IMG/VR virus record: IMGVR_UViG_2706795967_000001
Span: 2,612-66,611 of that record
Reading direction: 5' to 3' (one strand)
Source of the DNA: a virus
Taxonomy: Duplodnaviria > Caudoviricetes
DNA length: 64,000 nucleotides
This document shows positions 17,593 through 27,118 of this stretch, piece by piece (within the stretch, counting starts at the first letter, position 1; the number at the start of each line of letters is the position of its first letter). The position numbers and the translations under genes are program-made. A model generated the notes under the pieces. That model was not told where the DNA came from, made no database searches, and was given only the letters and a program-made list of their open reading frames with translations.

Positions 17593-18726
17593 GTGAAGAT
17601 CATCGTCGAGGAAGCCGTCACGGGAAACATTCTAACTCGTGACCTGGCCCTCGTCCAACCCCCGGAAGTTGTCCGGACCCTGAGCGGTCCGGCCAGCGTC
17701 AAGTTCTCGGTGTTCCCCGACGAACCCTCCATGGAGGGCATTTTGTTCAAGGGATACGGGCAGATGGTCCACGTGGAAATCGACAGGCAAGATGGAACGC
17801 CGTGGGTGTTTGGCAGCGGAATCACGCAGCCTCCAGACATTGATGCAGAGACCGGGGCGGTCACGATCACGGCTAACGGATTCTCCGGATATCCGGATCA
17901 GATTCCGTGGCTCCAGAACTACAACCCTATCGCGGTGGACCCGTTCGAGGTTATCCATCGAATCTGGACACACATACAGGCGCAGCCTCAGGGCAACCTC
18001 GGGGTGACGGTCAGTCCGGCCAGTAGTAACACACTCCTCCTCCCCGGCTTCTACTACGACGGCAGCGAATTCGTACTGGACTTCTTCGCTTACTTCGTCC
18101 GCAGCGAGGACTATCGGGACTGTCTCGAAGAGATTCACAGCCTATGTCGGGACGTGCCGATCGACTTCTTCGAAGACTCCGCATGGAACGCGGGTCGCAC
18201 GGCTATCAACAAGACTCTTCGCTTGGCGTATCCGCGTGGCGGAACAGTGCAGAATGGCCTGATCTTCAAGCAGCGAGAGAACATCCTGTCTATGTCGCCT
18301 GCTCAGGAGATGGACATTCAGTACAACTCCGAGGTGATCGTTCGTGGTTGGTTCCCCGGGAAAATGCACAAGACCCATCTCGTCAATGCAGACCCCACGC
18401 GGTACCGAAGGGTTATCAAGGATGAAGACGCCCTGATCAACAGCCGTGAGCGTAGCGCTGCTCGAGCTGGTCGCAAGCTGGCGATCCGCCAGGTTCCGCA
18501 CCATTGGGGAGCGATCACGGTGGACATGTATCACCCGAACGCTCCGTGGGGAACGTACGACGTCGGAGACGACATTCTCATCTCGGGAGAGATGCCGATG
18601 GAGGGGCGTAAATCGGAGTGGCACAGGATCATGACCATTCAGCCGAATGACCAGGCCGGTATCGTCCAGATGACGACCAAGCATGTCGACGCCTTCAACT
18701 ACGACCCGATCACCTTCCCGGAGTAG
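17593..18726 (+). CDS. Minor tail protein (hub/Tal position)
   Basis: Position; 377 aa; YDVGDDILI near the C-terminus. Confidence 0.75.
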   Translation: MKIIVEEAVTGNILTRDLALVQPPEVVRTLSGPASVKFSVFPDEPSMEGILFKGYGQMVHVEIDRQDGTPWVFGSGITQPPDIDAETGAVTITANGFSGYPDQIPWLQNYNPIAVDPFEVIHRIWTHIQAQPQGNLGVTVSPASSNTLLLPGFYYDGSEFVLDFFAYFVRSEDYRDCLEEIHSLCRDVPIDFFEDSAWNAGRTAINKTLRLAYPRGGTVQNGLIFKQRENILSMSPAQEMDIQYNSEVIVRGWFPGKMHKTHLVNADPTRYRRVIKDEDALINSRERSAARAGRKLAIRQVPHHWGAITVDMYHPNAPWGTYDVGDDILISGEMPMEGRKSEWHRIMTIQPNDQAGIVQMTTKHVDAFNYDPITFPE

Positions 18727-18728
18727 TC

Positions 18729-20693
18729 ATGGCCGAGTCGAACAGTAGGGAAGTATTCTTCCTCAAGCAGGTCGCGAATCAGAAGTACAACAAGGACTTC
18801 GCGGTCAACATGGTTCAGGTGAACAACACCCTGAAGAGCATCTCGAAGTATCTGATCGTGATGCAGCAGGGTATCGACGATCTGAACCGAGATATCCTGG
18901 AACAGATTCAGGATTTCATTAGCGAGCTTATCATCATCTTCAACGGCGGTGATTTCAGCGAGCTCGGTCTGGACTTCGGTCATCTGAAATACGTGTTCCG
19001 TGCGATCGGCGCATTCTTCGGCTTCGGACAGGGTTTGACCGGAACCGGAGCGATGGCGAAGAACTTCTTCGAGCAATTCCTGGCTCCGTTCCAATGGTTC
19101 GGTGACGCTGTCGGCAATGCGGTAGACACCGTGATCGACTTCATCCTTGGCCTTCTCTCCTGGATTCCCGGCGTCGGAAACGCTCGGCAGAAGTTGGCAA
19201 ACGCTCTCAATACGACACGAGACACGGCGGTTGCAGCGCAGGAGAGCAATCAGGAGCTGACGAACAAGGTTTGGGAAGGTGCCACGGCTCAGCAGGCCGA
19301 AGGCAGCATGACCGAGCAGCAGGTTCGAGACGCCGTCGCTGCGATGAAAGCAAAGTCCGAGGCTCTTAGACGAGAGAACGAGTTGCGTTACAGCAGCGCG
19401 GTTCCCAACTGGCAAGGCCTCGTTCCCGGTGGCGACGTGACGTGTGATCTGAACACGGTCAGCGTTCGTGACAACTGGCGAGTTGACGTGGACGGACAAA
19501 CCGCCGACGGTGGTGGATTTCCCGGTCACTTCCACGGATCGGGCACGTTCGAGGCGGTCATCAACCTCGGAATTCCACAGAGCTGCATGACCTCTGCCAG
19601 CGGTAGCAATCGCAGTGGGCCGTTCGCAGCTACGCGGGCGCGATCCGACGCCTCTCGGAACGTGCTTACATTCATGGCTCGGGCCATCGGCAGCGTCACA
19701 GAAGCTTACGCTTCTCTCTGGACATACGACGAAGACAACGATCGTTGGATGTGTGTCTCGGTCAGCTCGAACTTCATCTCGCAGGTCCCAGGCATCGCAG
19801 AGTACGGCTGGGTCGACGCCGTTCTCCAGCAGGAGTACACTCCGGGCGTTGGCGACAACATCGCTGTGATGTGGACCTCTGTGGGAACCGGTCAGCTCGC
19901 CATTGCAAGCTCGTTTGGTGCCTCGGACTCTAGCGACCAGTTCAGCATCCCAGCCTATCACAGTGTTCCGTACGGTACCCGTTGCCACGTCACTCTGTCG
20001 GGCCAACCGGTTCCCGGCACTACCGTTTCGCTGCCTCAGAACGCCGGATGGAAGTCTGGCCGAACTCCTTTCTGTCAGATCGCCCCGAACCTCGGACAGA
20101 CTGTCGAGCCTACACCGCAGTATTGGTTCGACGATTTCAACGCAGCCGATCCGAGCGCCTACAACTTCAGCTCCGGCGCAAAGATCAGTTCACAGGGCGA
20201 CTTCCGTTACAACGGCAGTAGCGACGGCCTTCAGTACTTGATTTATCGCGGCCAGATGGCCACTCCGCACCACCGGATCGAAGCCACGGCCAAGAATCAT
20301 GTCGGTCGAGAAATGTTCATGCGGCTCGGTTGCACGCCAAATGGAACCTCAGGCGTGAATATGGTAATTCGCGGCGATTCTGAAACAACCACAGAACTTG
20401 TTCTATTCACAGTTTCAGGTTCTGACGCCAGCTCCCTCACAGAACGCAAGCGTCTCACTGGAATTCCAAAGACAAGTTACGACCGCTGGGCAATTGAGTT
20501 TGACGAGCCGAACAGCACTTATGTTATCGAGAAGAACAATCAGTTTGTGACGAGTTGGGCAGACCCCGGGAACCTTGCTCTTCGAGGGAAGGGTAAGCGA
20601 ACAGGCGGTCTTGGCGTGGCTCGAGTTCTGTTCGCAAGCGCAGGTCAATGGGACGACCTGTTCATCCACGATGTAATTCCAGAAGGAGAGTGA
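18729..20693 (+). CDS. Minor tail protein / tail tip (654 aa)
   Basis: Helical N-terminus; beta-sandwich/lectin-like C-terminus (WFDDFN...LALRGKGKRTGG...WDDLFIHD). Confidence 0.75.
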   Translation: MAESNSREVFFLKQVANQKYNKDFAVNMVQVNNTLKSISKYLIVMQQGIDDLNRDILEQIQDFISELIIIFNGGDFSELGLDFGHLKYVFRAIGAFFGFGQGLTGTGAMAKNFFEQFLAPFQWFGDAVGNAVDTVIDFILGLLSWIPGVGNARQKLANALNTTRDTAVAAQESNQELTNKVWEGATAQQAEGSMTEQQVRDAVAAMKAKSEALRRENELRYSSAVPNWQGLVPGGDVTCDLNTVSVRDNWRVDVDGQTADGGGFPGHFHGSGTFEAVINLGIPQSCMTSASGSNRSGPFAATRARSDASRNVLTFMARAIGSVTEAYASLWTYDEDNDRWMCVSVSSNFISQVPGIAEYGWVDAVLQQEYTPGVGDNIAVMWTSVGTGQLAIASSFGASDSSDQFSIPAYHSVPYGTRCHVTLSGQPVPGTTVSLPQNAGWKSGRTPFCQIAPNLGQTVEPTPQYWFDDFNAADPSAYNFSSGAKISSQGDFRYNGSSDGLQYLIYRGQMATPHHRIEATAKNHVGREMFMRLGCTPNGTSGVNMVIRGDSETTTELVLFTVSGSDASSLTERKRLTGIPKTSYDRWAIEFDEPNSTYVIEKNNQFVTSWADPGNLALRGKGKRTGGLGVARVLFASAGQWDDLFIHDVIPEGE

Positions 20694-20694
20694 A

Positions 20695-21003
20695 ATGACC
20701 GAAGAGGTTCAACCCCTGAAGTACCCGCTGGCCGACATCAACCCGGACCAGAAGCAGGCCCTCTACATCAGCATCCTGGAGAGGAAGGTGCAGTATCAGT
20801 CCACACTGATGCTCCAGTACCGGACGCTCCTGGAAGCCCTGACCGGAGAGGCGTGGGATCAGATCGACACCCGCCTGAAGAAGGGCGAGATGATGCGGAT
20901 CGCCACGAACGCCTTCGAACGCAATCTGGCTCGAGACCTGGCGGAAGCAGAACGCATGGTCCAGGCGAACCTCGACGCGGCAAACGCACCTTACGAAAGG
21001 TAG
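20695..21003 (+). CDS. Hypothetical tail-region protein (102 aa)
   Basis: Tightly packed ORF with phage-like codon usage. Confidence 0.7.
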   Translation: MTEEVQPLKYPLADINPDQKQALYISILERKVQYQSTLMLQYRTLLEALTGEAWDQIDTRLKKGEMMRIATNAFERNLARDLAEAERMVQANLDAANAPYER

Positions 21004-21012
21004 GATGTAGGC

Positions 21013-22768
21013 ATGGCTTACGTCTGGTACATCGGCAAGGCCAACAAACGAGAGCTACGCGGCGAAGAATGGCCGGGTGGCCTCGTTGTGTGGAATGTCA
21101 AGAACGGCTTCAGTCTTCCGCAGGGAATGTTCTCGGAGGCTCAGCTGAATGTACTGGACGCAGATCGTGACTTTCTCCTGAATCAAACTGTCGAGATCCG
21201 CCAGGTTAACGCCCAGGGCGACCCGATCTTCGGCGACAACATGGCCGAATATTGGTACGCTCGAACAAAGGCTCTTCACGACGAAGTCGAAGGGGCACTG
21301 GAGACAGGCGAATTCCGTGGCGAGAAAGGTGACCAGGGAGACCCCGGTCCCCAGGGTCCCAAGGGAGACAAGGGAGACACCGGAAGCCAGGGTCTTCAGG
21401 GTGTGCCGGGAGACCAGGGACCGCAGGGAGATCGTGGCGAGAAGGGTGACACCGGAGATACCGGTCGGGGCTTCAATCCTCGAGGAGCCTGGCAGCCAAA
21501 CACAGTTTACGCTGTAGACGATATCTACACCGTCGGGGGGTCAGACCTTTCGAGTCACCGCCGCCCACACGTCAGCGGCTTCTTGGGCGTGGATCCATGT
21601 AGAGCGATGGGCGGCGAAGGGCGACACCGGACAGGGATACACGTTCCGTGGAGCTTGGGCACCCTCTACAGCTTACGCCCCGTACGACACCATGACCTAT
21701 CTGGGGCAGACATGGGCGTGCACCACGGCTCACACCTCTGGAACTACCCCGGACGGCTCCAAGTTCACCTTGTTCGCAGCGAAGGGCGACAAGGGTGACA
21801 AGGGTGACAAGGGTGACAAGGGTGACACCGGAGAGCAGGGCGAGCAGGGTGTCCAGGGTATCCAAGGGATCCAGGGTATCCAGGGAGAGCAAGGCGAACA
21901 GGGAATCCAGGGTGTCAAGGGCGAAAAGGGAGATACCGGCGAGGGTATCGAGTTTGACTACGTCGTAGACACCTACTCCGAACTCCCTGGTGATGCCCCG
22001 ACAGGTTCGCAGGCCCTCGTTAACGGCAATGGCCGCATGTACGTTCGGACCGCTTCTGGATGGCCCTCAGAGCTAGAAGGCTTTTTGATCCGCGGCCCTA
22101 TGGGGCCTGCTGGCCCTAAGGGAGATCAAGGCGACCAGGGTATCCAGGGCATTCAGGGTGTCCAAGGAATCCAGGGCGAAGATGGTCCGGAGGGTCCGCA
22201 GGGTCCCCAGGGGACCAAGGGCGACACCGGTCTCAAAGGTGACAAGGGAGACAAAGGCGACACTGGCGACCAAGGAATCCAGGGTGTTCAGGGTCCCAAG
22301 GGAGATCAGGGTATCCAGGGCGTTCAGGGTCCGCCCGGAACCACGTCGTGGGGCGGCATTGCAGACAAGCCGAGCACGTTTCCTCCTTCATCCCACTCGC
22401 ACGTCATCAGTGACGTCTCCGGCCTTCAGACAGCCCTCGACGCGAAAGCTTCTTCGGCCTCTCTCCTGGCGGCACAGCAGGTCACGGCTCGTTCGATTAC
22501 GGGTAACGACACCCTGGTCGCTGGTGATGCAGGAGAGGCCGTCGAAGTAAACTCTGCCTCGGCAGTGAACGTCACGGTTCCACCGAACAGCTCTGTCGCA
22601 TTCCCGATAGGCACGGCGATTGAGGTCGCGCAGATCGGGGCTGGAGCAGCAACACTCGTTCCCGGCTCTGGAGTGACCCTGAGGACAGCCGCATCTCTTT
22701 CGACCAGCGCGCAGTGGTCCAGTGTGTTCCTCCGAAAGCGTGCTACTGATGAATGGGTCGTTACGTGA
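21013..22768 (+). CDS. Collagen-like tail fibre interrupted by +1 frameshift in a G6 tract (21535-21540); joined product ~584 aa
   Basis: The upstream frame has Gly-X-Y repeats and [15 protein letters not shown], then degenerates. The +1 frame continues [13 protein letters not shown]...[14 protein letters not shown] and runs into ORF 21692-22768 with two more Gly-X-Y blocks. Confidence 0.75.
21791..21826 (+). repeat. Exact 9-bp tandem repeat (AAGGGTGAC)x4
   Basis: Encodes KGD x4 within the collagen block. Confidence 0.9.
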
Positions 22769-23343
22769 TTGGCGCAGCCTTCCGACGTAGGAAGAAGAAC
22801 AAAAAGGACCCGGTCTTCGTCCAGGCCGCCTCTGACGCCAAGTCGAACGCGAACGCGACCGTCGTCATGACGACCGGTACGGGCAAACTGATCATTGGGC
22901 TCGCCACGAACTCGACCTCCGGGCTTTCACTCCAGGTCGACGGGGTCACCGTCGCACCCATCGGGTCAGTGACCTCGACCCGCATCCATCTCATGTATAT
23001 CGTCGACGTCGCCGCCGGTGAGCACACGATCAACTCGGTCGGTGGCGGTTCGTGGCGAACTCTAATCGTCGCAGAGTACTCTAGCGTTACGAATGTCGGA
23101 TCGTACACTTCGGCTGTTTCTTCGAGTGGCACGGCGGCACTCACACCTACCGGGTCAGGAAAGCTGTGTGTTGCCTTCATCGCCAACGCCTCGGCCCATA
23201 CGGCCACATCTGACGACATCATCAGGCGTCAACAAGCCGGTGTCTCTACTACTTATTCAGCGGCTTTCGTTGAGAATACCGTGGCACCCCTGAATTTGGC
23301 AACGAGTGGAGCCTGGTCTGCGGGCGGAGTGTGGCTGAGCTAG
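22765..23343 (+). CDS. Minor tail/fibre-associated protein (192 aa)
   Basis: GTG overlaps fibre stop (GTGA); Ser/Thr/Ala-rich beta-type sequence. Confidence 0.7.
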   Translation: MIGAAFRRRKKNKKDPVFVQAASDAKSNANATVVMTTGTGKLIIGLATNSTSGLSLQVDGVTVAPIGSVTSTRIHLMYIVDVAAGEHTINSVGGGSWRTLIVAEYSSVTNVGSYTSAVSSSGTAALTPTGSGKLCVAFIANASAHTATSDDIIRRQQAGVSTTYSAAFVENTVAPLNLATSGAWSAGGVWLS

Positions 23344-23359
23344 TGGTATACTGGCGTCT
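23344..23359 (+). promoter_or_regulatory. Extended -10 promoter (TGgTATACT), leaderless lysin transcript
   Basis: TATACT 23347-23352, 7 nt before ATG 23360; no SD. Confidence 0.6.
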
Positions 23360-24505
23360 ATGGGTGATCCGGTAGGAATGGTCGAGGCCTTCAGGAAGGC
23401 TGGACTGAAGGTCAACGAATATCCGGGTTGGCGTGGTCGGGGACACGGCGACTTCGGTAAGGTGTGGGGTCCATTCATGCACCACACGGGTTCCTTCGGC
23501 GAAACGCCGCGAGGTATCGCAGAGCATCCCAGCCTCGGGTTGGCATCTCAGTGGCATCTCGCACCGAACGGTGTCTACACCATCTGCGGCATCGGCATCG
23601 CCTGGCACGCGGGAACCGGCTCCTGGCCAACGATCCCCACGAACAACGGCAACGCTGTGTGTGTCGGATTCGAGGCGGCTCACAACGGCACCGCAGCCTG
23701 GAGCAAACCTCAGCTCGACGCCTATCTGAAGGGCGTCCAGACCCTCAATATCTTCCTGGACAACCCCTGGGACAAGGTCGTCGCCCACAAGGAATACGGC
23801 AAGATCCAGGGCAAGTGGGATCCCGGCAATCTGGACATGAAGTGGGTCCGCCAGCAGCTGAAGGTTCGCGACATCGAGAAGCCGGTCGTGATCAACATGA
23901 TCGAGCTCGAGGCCAAGGAGAATCCTTGGGTCGGTGTCCGACACGCGAAGCCGGGTGCCGAAGGCGAAATGAAGATCGGCCGGGACTTCCGTGGCCGACA
24001 GGTCGAATACGACCACGCGAACATCTACTTCTACCCCGGAATCGGCGCTTTTGCCATTCCTCACGCAGACCCGAAGATCCCCGGTTCGGGAATCTTCGAG
24101 GCTTACGGCCGTCGCGGGTTCGAGCGAGGTCCTCTCGGATACCCGGTTCGCGACTTCAGCCTGATCGAGGGCCACGGAGTCTCCGGCGCAGTCATGGCTT
24201 TCCAGGGCGGCCTGCTCTACGTCGCCAACGATCCGTCCATCGGCGATCACATGCTGGGTGGCGTCATCGGTCAGCGTTGGGCGCTCGAGGGTTGGGAAGA
24301 CGGCCCGCTCGGTTGGCCGATCACCGACGAGTACGACAACGGCACTGGCGGCAAGCGTCAGGAATTCCAGTTCGGAACGCTGGAATGGGATCCGTCCGGT
24401 GCGATCAAGAAGCTGGGCACCGAGCCGGTTCGAAACCTGTCCCTCGTGGACGACAAGGGATACCCGCTCGCCGTCACCGAAGGCGTCGAGCTCATCGCAG
24501 CATAG
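23360..24505 (+). CDS. lysA: Endolysin (Lysin A): amidase-2/PGRP domain plus LGFP repeats
   Basis: FMHHTG...AWHAG...HKEY..GKWDPG Zn-amidase motifs; GPLGYPV and GPLGWPITDE LGFP-type repeats. Confidence 0.9.
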   Translation: MGDPVGMVEAFRKAGLKVNEYPGWRGRGHGDFGKVWGPFMHHTGSFGETPRGIAEHPSLGLASQWHLAPNGVYTICGIGIAWHAGTGSWPTIPTNNGNAVCVGFEAAHNGTAAWSKPQLDAYLKGVQTLNIFLDNPWDKVVAHKEYGKIQGKWDPGNLDMKWVRQQLKVRDIEKPVVINMIELEAKENPWVGVRHAKPGAEGEMKIGRDFRGRQVEYDHANIYFYPGIGAFAIPHADPKIPGSGIFEAYGRRGFERGPLGYPVRDFSLIEGHGVSGAVMAFQGGLLYVANDPSIGDHMLGGVIGQRWALEGWEDGPLGWPITDEYDNGTGGKRQEFQFGTLEWDPSGAIKKLGTEPVRNLSLVDDKGYPLAVTEGVELIAA

Positions 24506-24513
24506 GAGCGAGA

Positions 24514-24918
24514 ATGACAGTCACGACCACCAAGACCCCCGCGCTGATCTTCAATCGCGAGCCCGCAGCGATCCAGGGCTTCGTCATGATGCTCGTCGCC
24601 CTCTTCTCCGGTTTCGCGATTCCGGTGTCGGAGACCGGCCAGGCGGTCATCCAGACCGTAGTCGGAGCGGTGCTGTTCCTCTGGGTCGCCATCAAGGTCC
24701 GAGAGAACATCTATCCGGCGATCCTCGCCCTGACCGCAGCCATCCTCCCGCTGGCGGTGCACTACGGTCTGGAACTGAACAAGGACGAGCAGAGCCTGAT
24801 CCTCAGCGGTGTCTCGCTGACTCTCGCATTCATCGCCGGCCGTCCGGGTCTCACCCCGAAGGTCAACGTCGTCGAGGGTTCGGTGGTGCCGGGTTCCATC
24901 CGGGACGAAGCCATCTGA
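24514..24918 (+). CDS. Holin
   Basis: Directly after the lysin; several hydrophobic helices; FNREP N-terminal motif; ATG 24514 after AGGAG. Confidence 0.75.
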   Translation: MTVTTTKTPALIFNREPAAIQGFVMMLVALFSGFAIPVSETGQAVIQTVVGAVLFLWVAIKVRENIYPAILALTAAILPLAVHYGLELNKDEQSLILSGVSLTLAFIAGRPGLTPKVNVVEGSVVPGSIRDEAI

Positions 24919-24919
24919 C

Positions 24920-25366
24920 ATGGATCATGACGCCAAGAAGGACTTTGAGGAGAAACGCAAGTTCAGCGAAGCTTACGATTTCATCCGAGGAATCAGTGTC
25001 CTTCTTGGCGTCACCTGTCTTTTATTTGGCTTCCTAACGTACATCTTTGGAGATGCTCTTTTCGGGGCGGGGAAGGCGTCGCAGTATACGCGACTCCTCT
25101 CCGTCCCCTGGTCTCCAGAATCATGGGGCACATTCGCAATCGCTTGCGGTGTCCTGATCCTCGTAGGGTCATTCCGCAGTAATCAGCTCCAGATTGGATC
25201 TGGCTGTACCCTAATGGGAATCTGGTCCTTTGCACTCGCTTACCTGATTGTGATCGACTGCATCAAGTACCAGACCTCATACGGTGCGCTCGGGGCGCTA
25301 TTTTTCATATTCTTTGGAATAGCGATGCTCGGGAGAGCAAGGCTCGGATTCAATTGGAGGTCTTAG
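24920..25366 (+). CDS. Multi-pass membrane protein (lysis cassette)
   Basis: About 4 hydrophobic segments. Confidence 0.75.
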   Translation: MDHDAKKDFEEKRKFSEAYDFIRGISVLLGVTCLLFGFLTYIFGDALFGAGKASQYTRLLSVPWSPESWGTFAIACGVLILVGSFRSNQLQIGSGCTLMGIWSFALAYLIVIDCIKYQTSYGALGALFFIFFGIAMLGRARLGFNWRS

Positions 25367-25855
25367 GTGGAATGGCACTCGGCAAGGGATCGTACGAAGG
25401 TCTTCTTCGATAACCTCACGCACGACAGCGACCGTTCTGTAGGATTTCCGATCTACAGGATTATGACCGGGATCACGATCATCCCGGCAATGCTTCAGCT
25501 GATCTTGCTGAAGGTTCCGGAGTCTGTTGTTCAGACGACTCCAGCCTGGTACCATTTCGTGTTCATCGGGATGCAGATAGCTGGTACCTTGGCGATCCTC
25601 ATTGCTCTAGCGATGGGGGACACGCCAGACTCCGCCAACCTCGAGATGATTGGGGTGATCATCCTTGGCGGAATGAGCTTTATCTATTTCGGAATCGCTT
25701 GGAGATACGATGGGTGGGAGCCTCCTCTAACTATTGCAGCTTGGATGCAGTTTGGGTTCGCTATCTTCTGCGTGATACGTATTTTTCAGTTGCACCGGAA
25801 GCTTGAAGCGTTCAAGCGTCGCGTCGCTGAAATCGTGGAGAAGGAATCCCGATAA
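25367..25855 (+). CDS. Multi-pass membrane protein (lysis cassette)
   Basis: About 4 hydrophobic segments; GGAGG SD before GTG. Confidence 0.7.
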   Translation: MEWHSARDRTKVFFDNLTHDSDRSVGFPIYRIMTGITIIPAMLQLILLKVPESVVQTTPAWYHFVFIGMQIAGTLAILIALAMGDTPDSANLEMIGVIILGGMSFIYFGIAWRYDGWEPPLTIAAWMQFGFAIFCVIRIFQLHRKLEAFKRRVAEIVEKESR

Positions 25856-26223
25856 TGTGGTGGACCCAGGTCATCGTCCCTTTGGCTACGGCAGCCATCG
25901 CGAGCGGCGCGGTGGGCGTGTTCTTTCGCTGGCTCAGTCAGCGACCAGCCTCCAAGCGTCAGCGAGATCAGGCTTGGGAAGAGTTCAAGAACGACACTCT
26001 GGAACGCGCTAATCGCGAGAACGACGAGCTTCGTGCTCGTGTCGCCCTTCTGGAATATCGTCACTTTCTGCGTGACGAACTGTTCATGTTGTTCATGGAG
26101 GACGTCGAGGAACTTGGCGCAGACCACGCCAAGATGCAGCGTCGTCGTGAGATTTGGGCCAAGATCCGCTTCGAAGAAGACCTTATTGCACTGAAGTCCA
26201 TCAAGGTTATGGACAGCCGATAG
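25855..26223 (+). CDS. Single-pass membrane protein with coiled coil
   Basis: N-terminal TM helix, then LERANRENDELRARVALLE. Confidence 0.7.
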   Translation: MWWTQVIVPLATAAIASGAVGVFFRWLSQRPASKRQRDQAWEEFKNDTLERANRENDELRARVALLEYRHFLRDELFMLFMEDVEELGADHAKMQRRREIWAKIRFEEDLIALKSIKVMDSR

Positions 26224-26955
26224 CCCAACGCGATCAGGGCTGCGCGCTCGCGCAGATCCGCTCGAGCGATACGCAGGGCTGCGCCTTAAAACAGTGTGAG
26301 ACATGATCTGTATCGCGCGCGTGGTAAGAGCAGCGCGCGATCGATACTTTCGCGCCCGAGCACACGAACGCACGCACGGAATAGCGATCGCGTGCGATCC
26401 ACACTTTCGCGCCTGTGTGCGAGGACACGCGCGGGAACACGTTGATCGCGCGTGTTCCACGCTTTCGCGCCTGGAGCGCAGGCGCTCGCACGGAACGTGG
26501 AAACGCGCTCTCTCGCGATTCGTGCGTGTCGCGCTAGGCGCGCGTCGCTCTCGCATGTCGCGCTCGCTCGTCGCTCGTGCGTGTATCGCGCACGATCCTT
26601 TGTGCCCAACGACGCGGCGTGTGCCCGCTCGCGTCACTCGTGTCGCTCGCGCACGCGCTTACCTGCGCCAGACGGGCGCATAATGCGCCCTCGTGTCCTG
26701 GGCGCACCTGATCGCGCATTATGCGCGATCCTGCGCGTCATGCGCTCGCGTCCGCGCACATCGCGATCGCAGACCGGCGCATAATGCGCTCTCGTGTCCT
26801 GCGCCATGCGCAGACATGTGCTCTCGCAGATCCGCGCGAACGCACGACCGAATGTGCGGACGCACGCACGTAACAACGATCGCGCCATGCGAGCACGTTC
26901 CATATTGCGCGCAAGCGTGTGTCCTCGCACGTTCCACATTGCGCGCGCGAGGCCA
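26224..26955. repeat. Non-coding alternating purine-pyrimidine region with direct repeats and palindromes
   Basis: CTTTCGCGCC x3 (26347, 26404, 26462); GCGCAT(A/T)ATGCGC x3 (26676, 26714, 26777); GCACGTTCCAYATTGCGCGC x2 (26893, 26927); dense CGCG/GCGC/GATC; no codon bias or SD. Confidence 0.8.
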
Positions 26956-27022
26956 AAAAAAATTTTTTCGGCCCCTACCAGGGCTTTTCGGGTCAATTTC
27001 CGGGAAATTTTGGGGGAGGGGG

Positions 27023-27051
27023 TTGCGTACCTTGGTTGCGTGCCGTAGCAT
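27023..27051 (+). promoter_or_regulatory. Strong SigA-type early promoter
   Basis: TTGCGT, 17 nt, TAGCAT; A/T tracts upstream (AAAAAAAATTTTTT near 26955) resemble UP elements. Confidence 0.7.
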
Positions 27052-27118
27052 CGTTCTTGTCAGGCCAACCGGCCAGGCACCGGAGCCCAGAACCAGGGCC
27101 ACACCCTTAGGAGCAACC

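Noticed and set aside
26340-26475. Possible CRISPR mini-array or RNA anti-CRISPR: CTTTCGCGCC at ~57-58-bp period, and GCGCGGGAACAC / GTGTTCCACGC resembling type I-E repeat ends
   Set aside because: Conserved units are only ~10 nt, the period is not constant, the I-E resemblance is partial and explained by a local hairpin, and no cas genes are present. Kept only as part of the repeat-region finding.
26234-27118. Many overlapping Arg/Ala/Cys-rich ORFs on both strands in the repeat region
   Set aside because: They arise from stop-poor CG alternation; no SD, no codon bias, no recognisable motifs.
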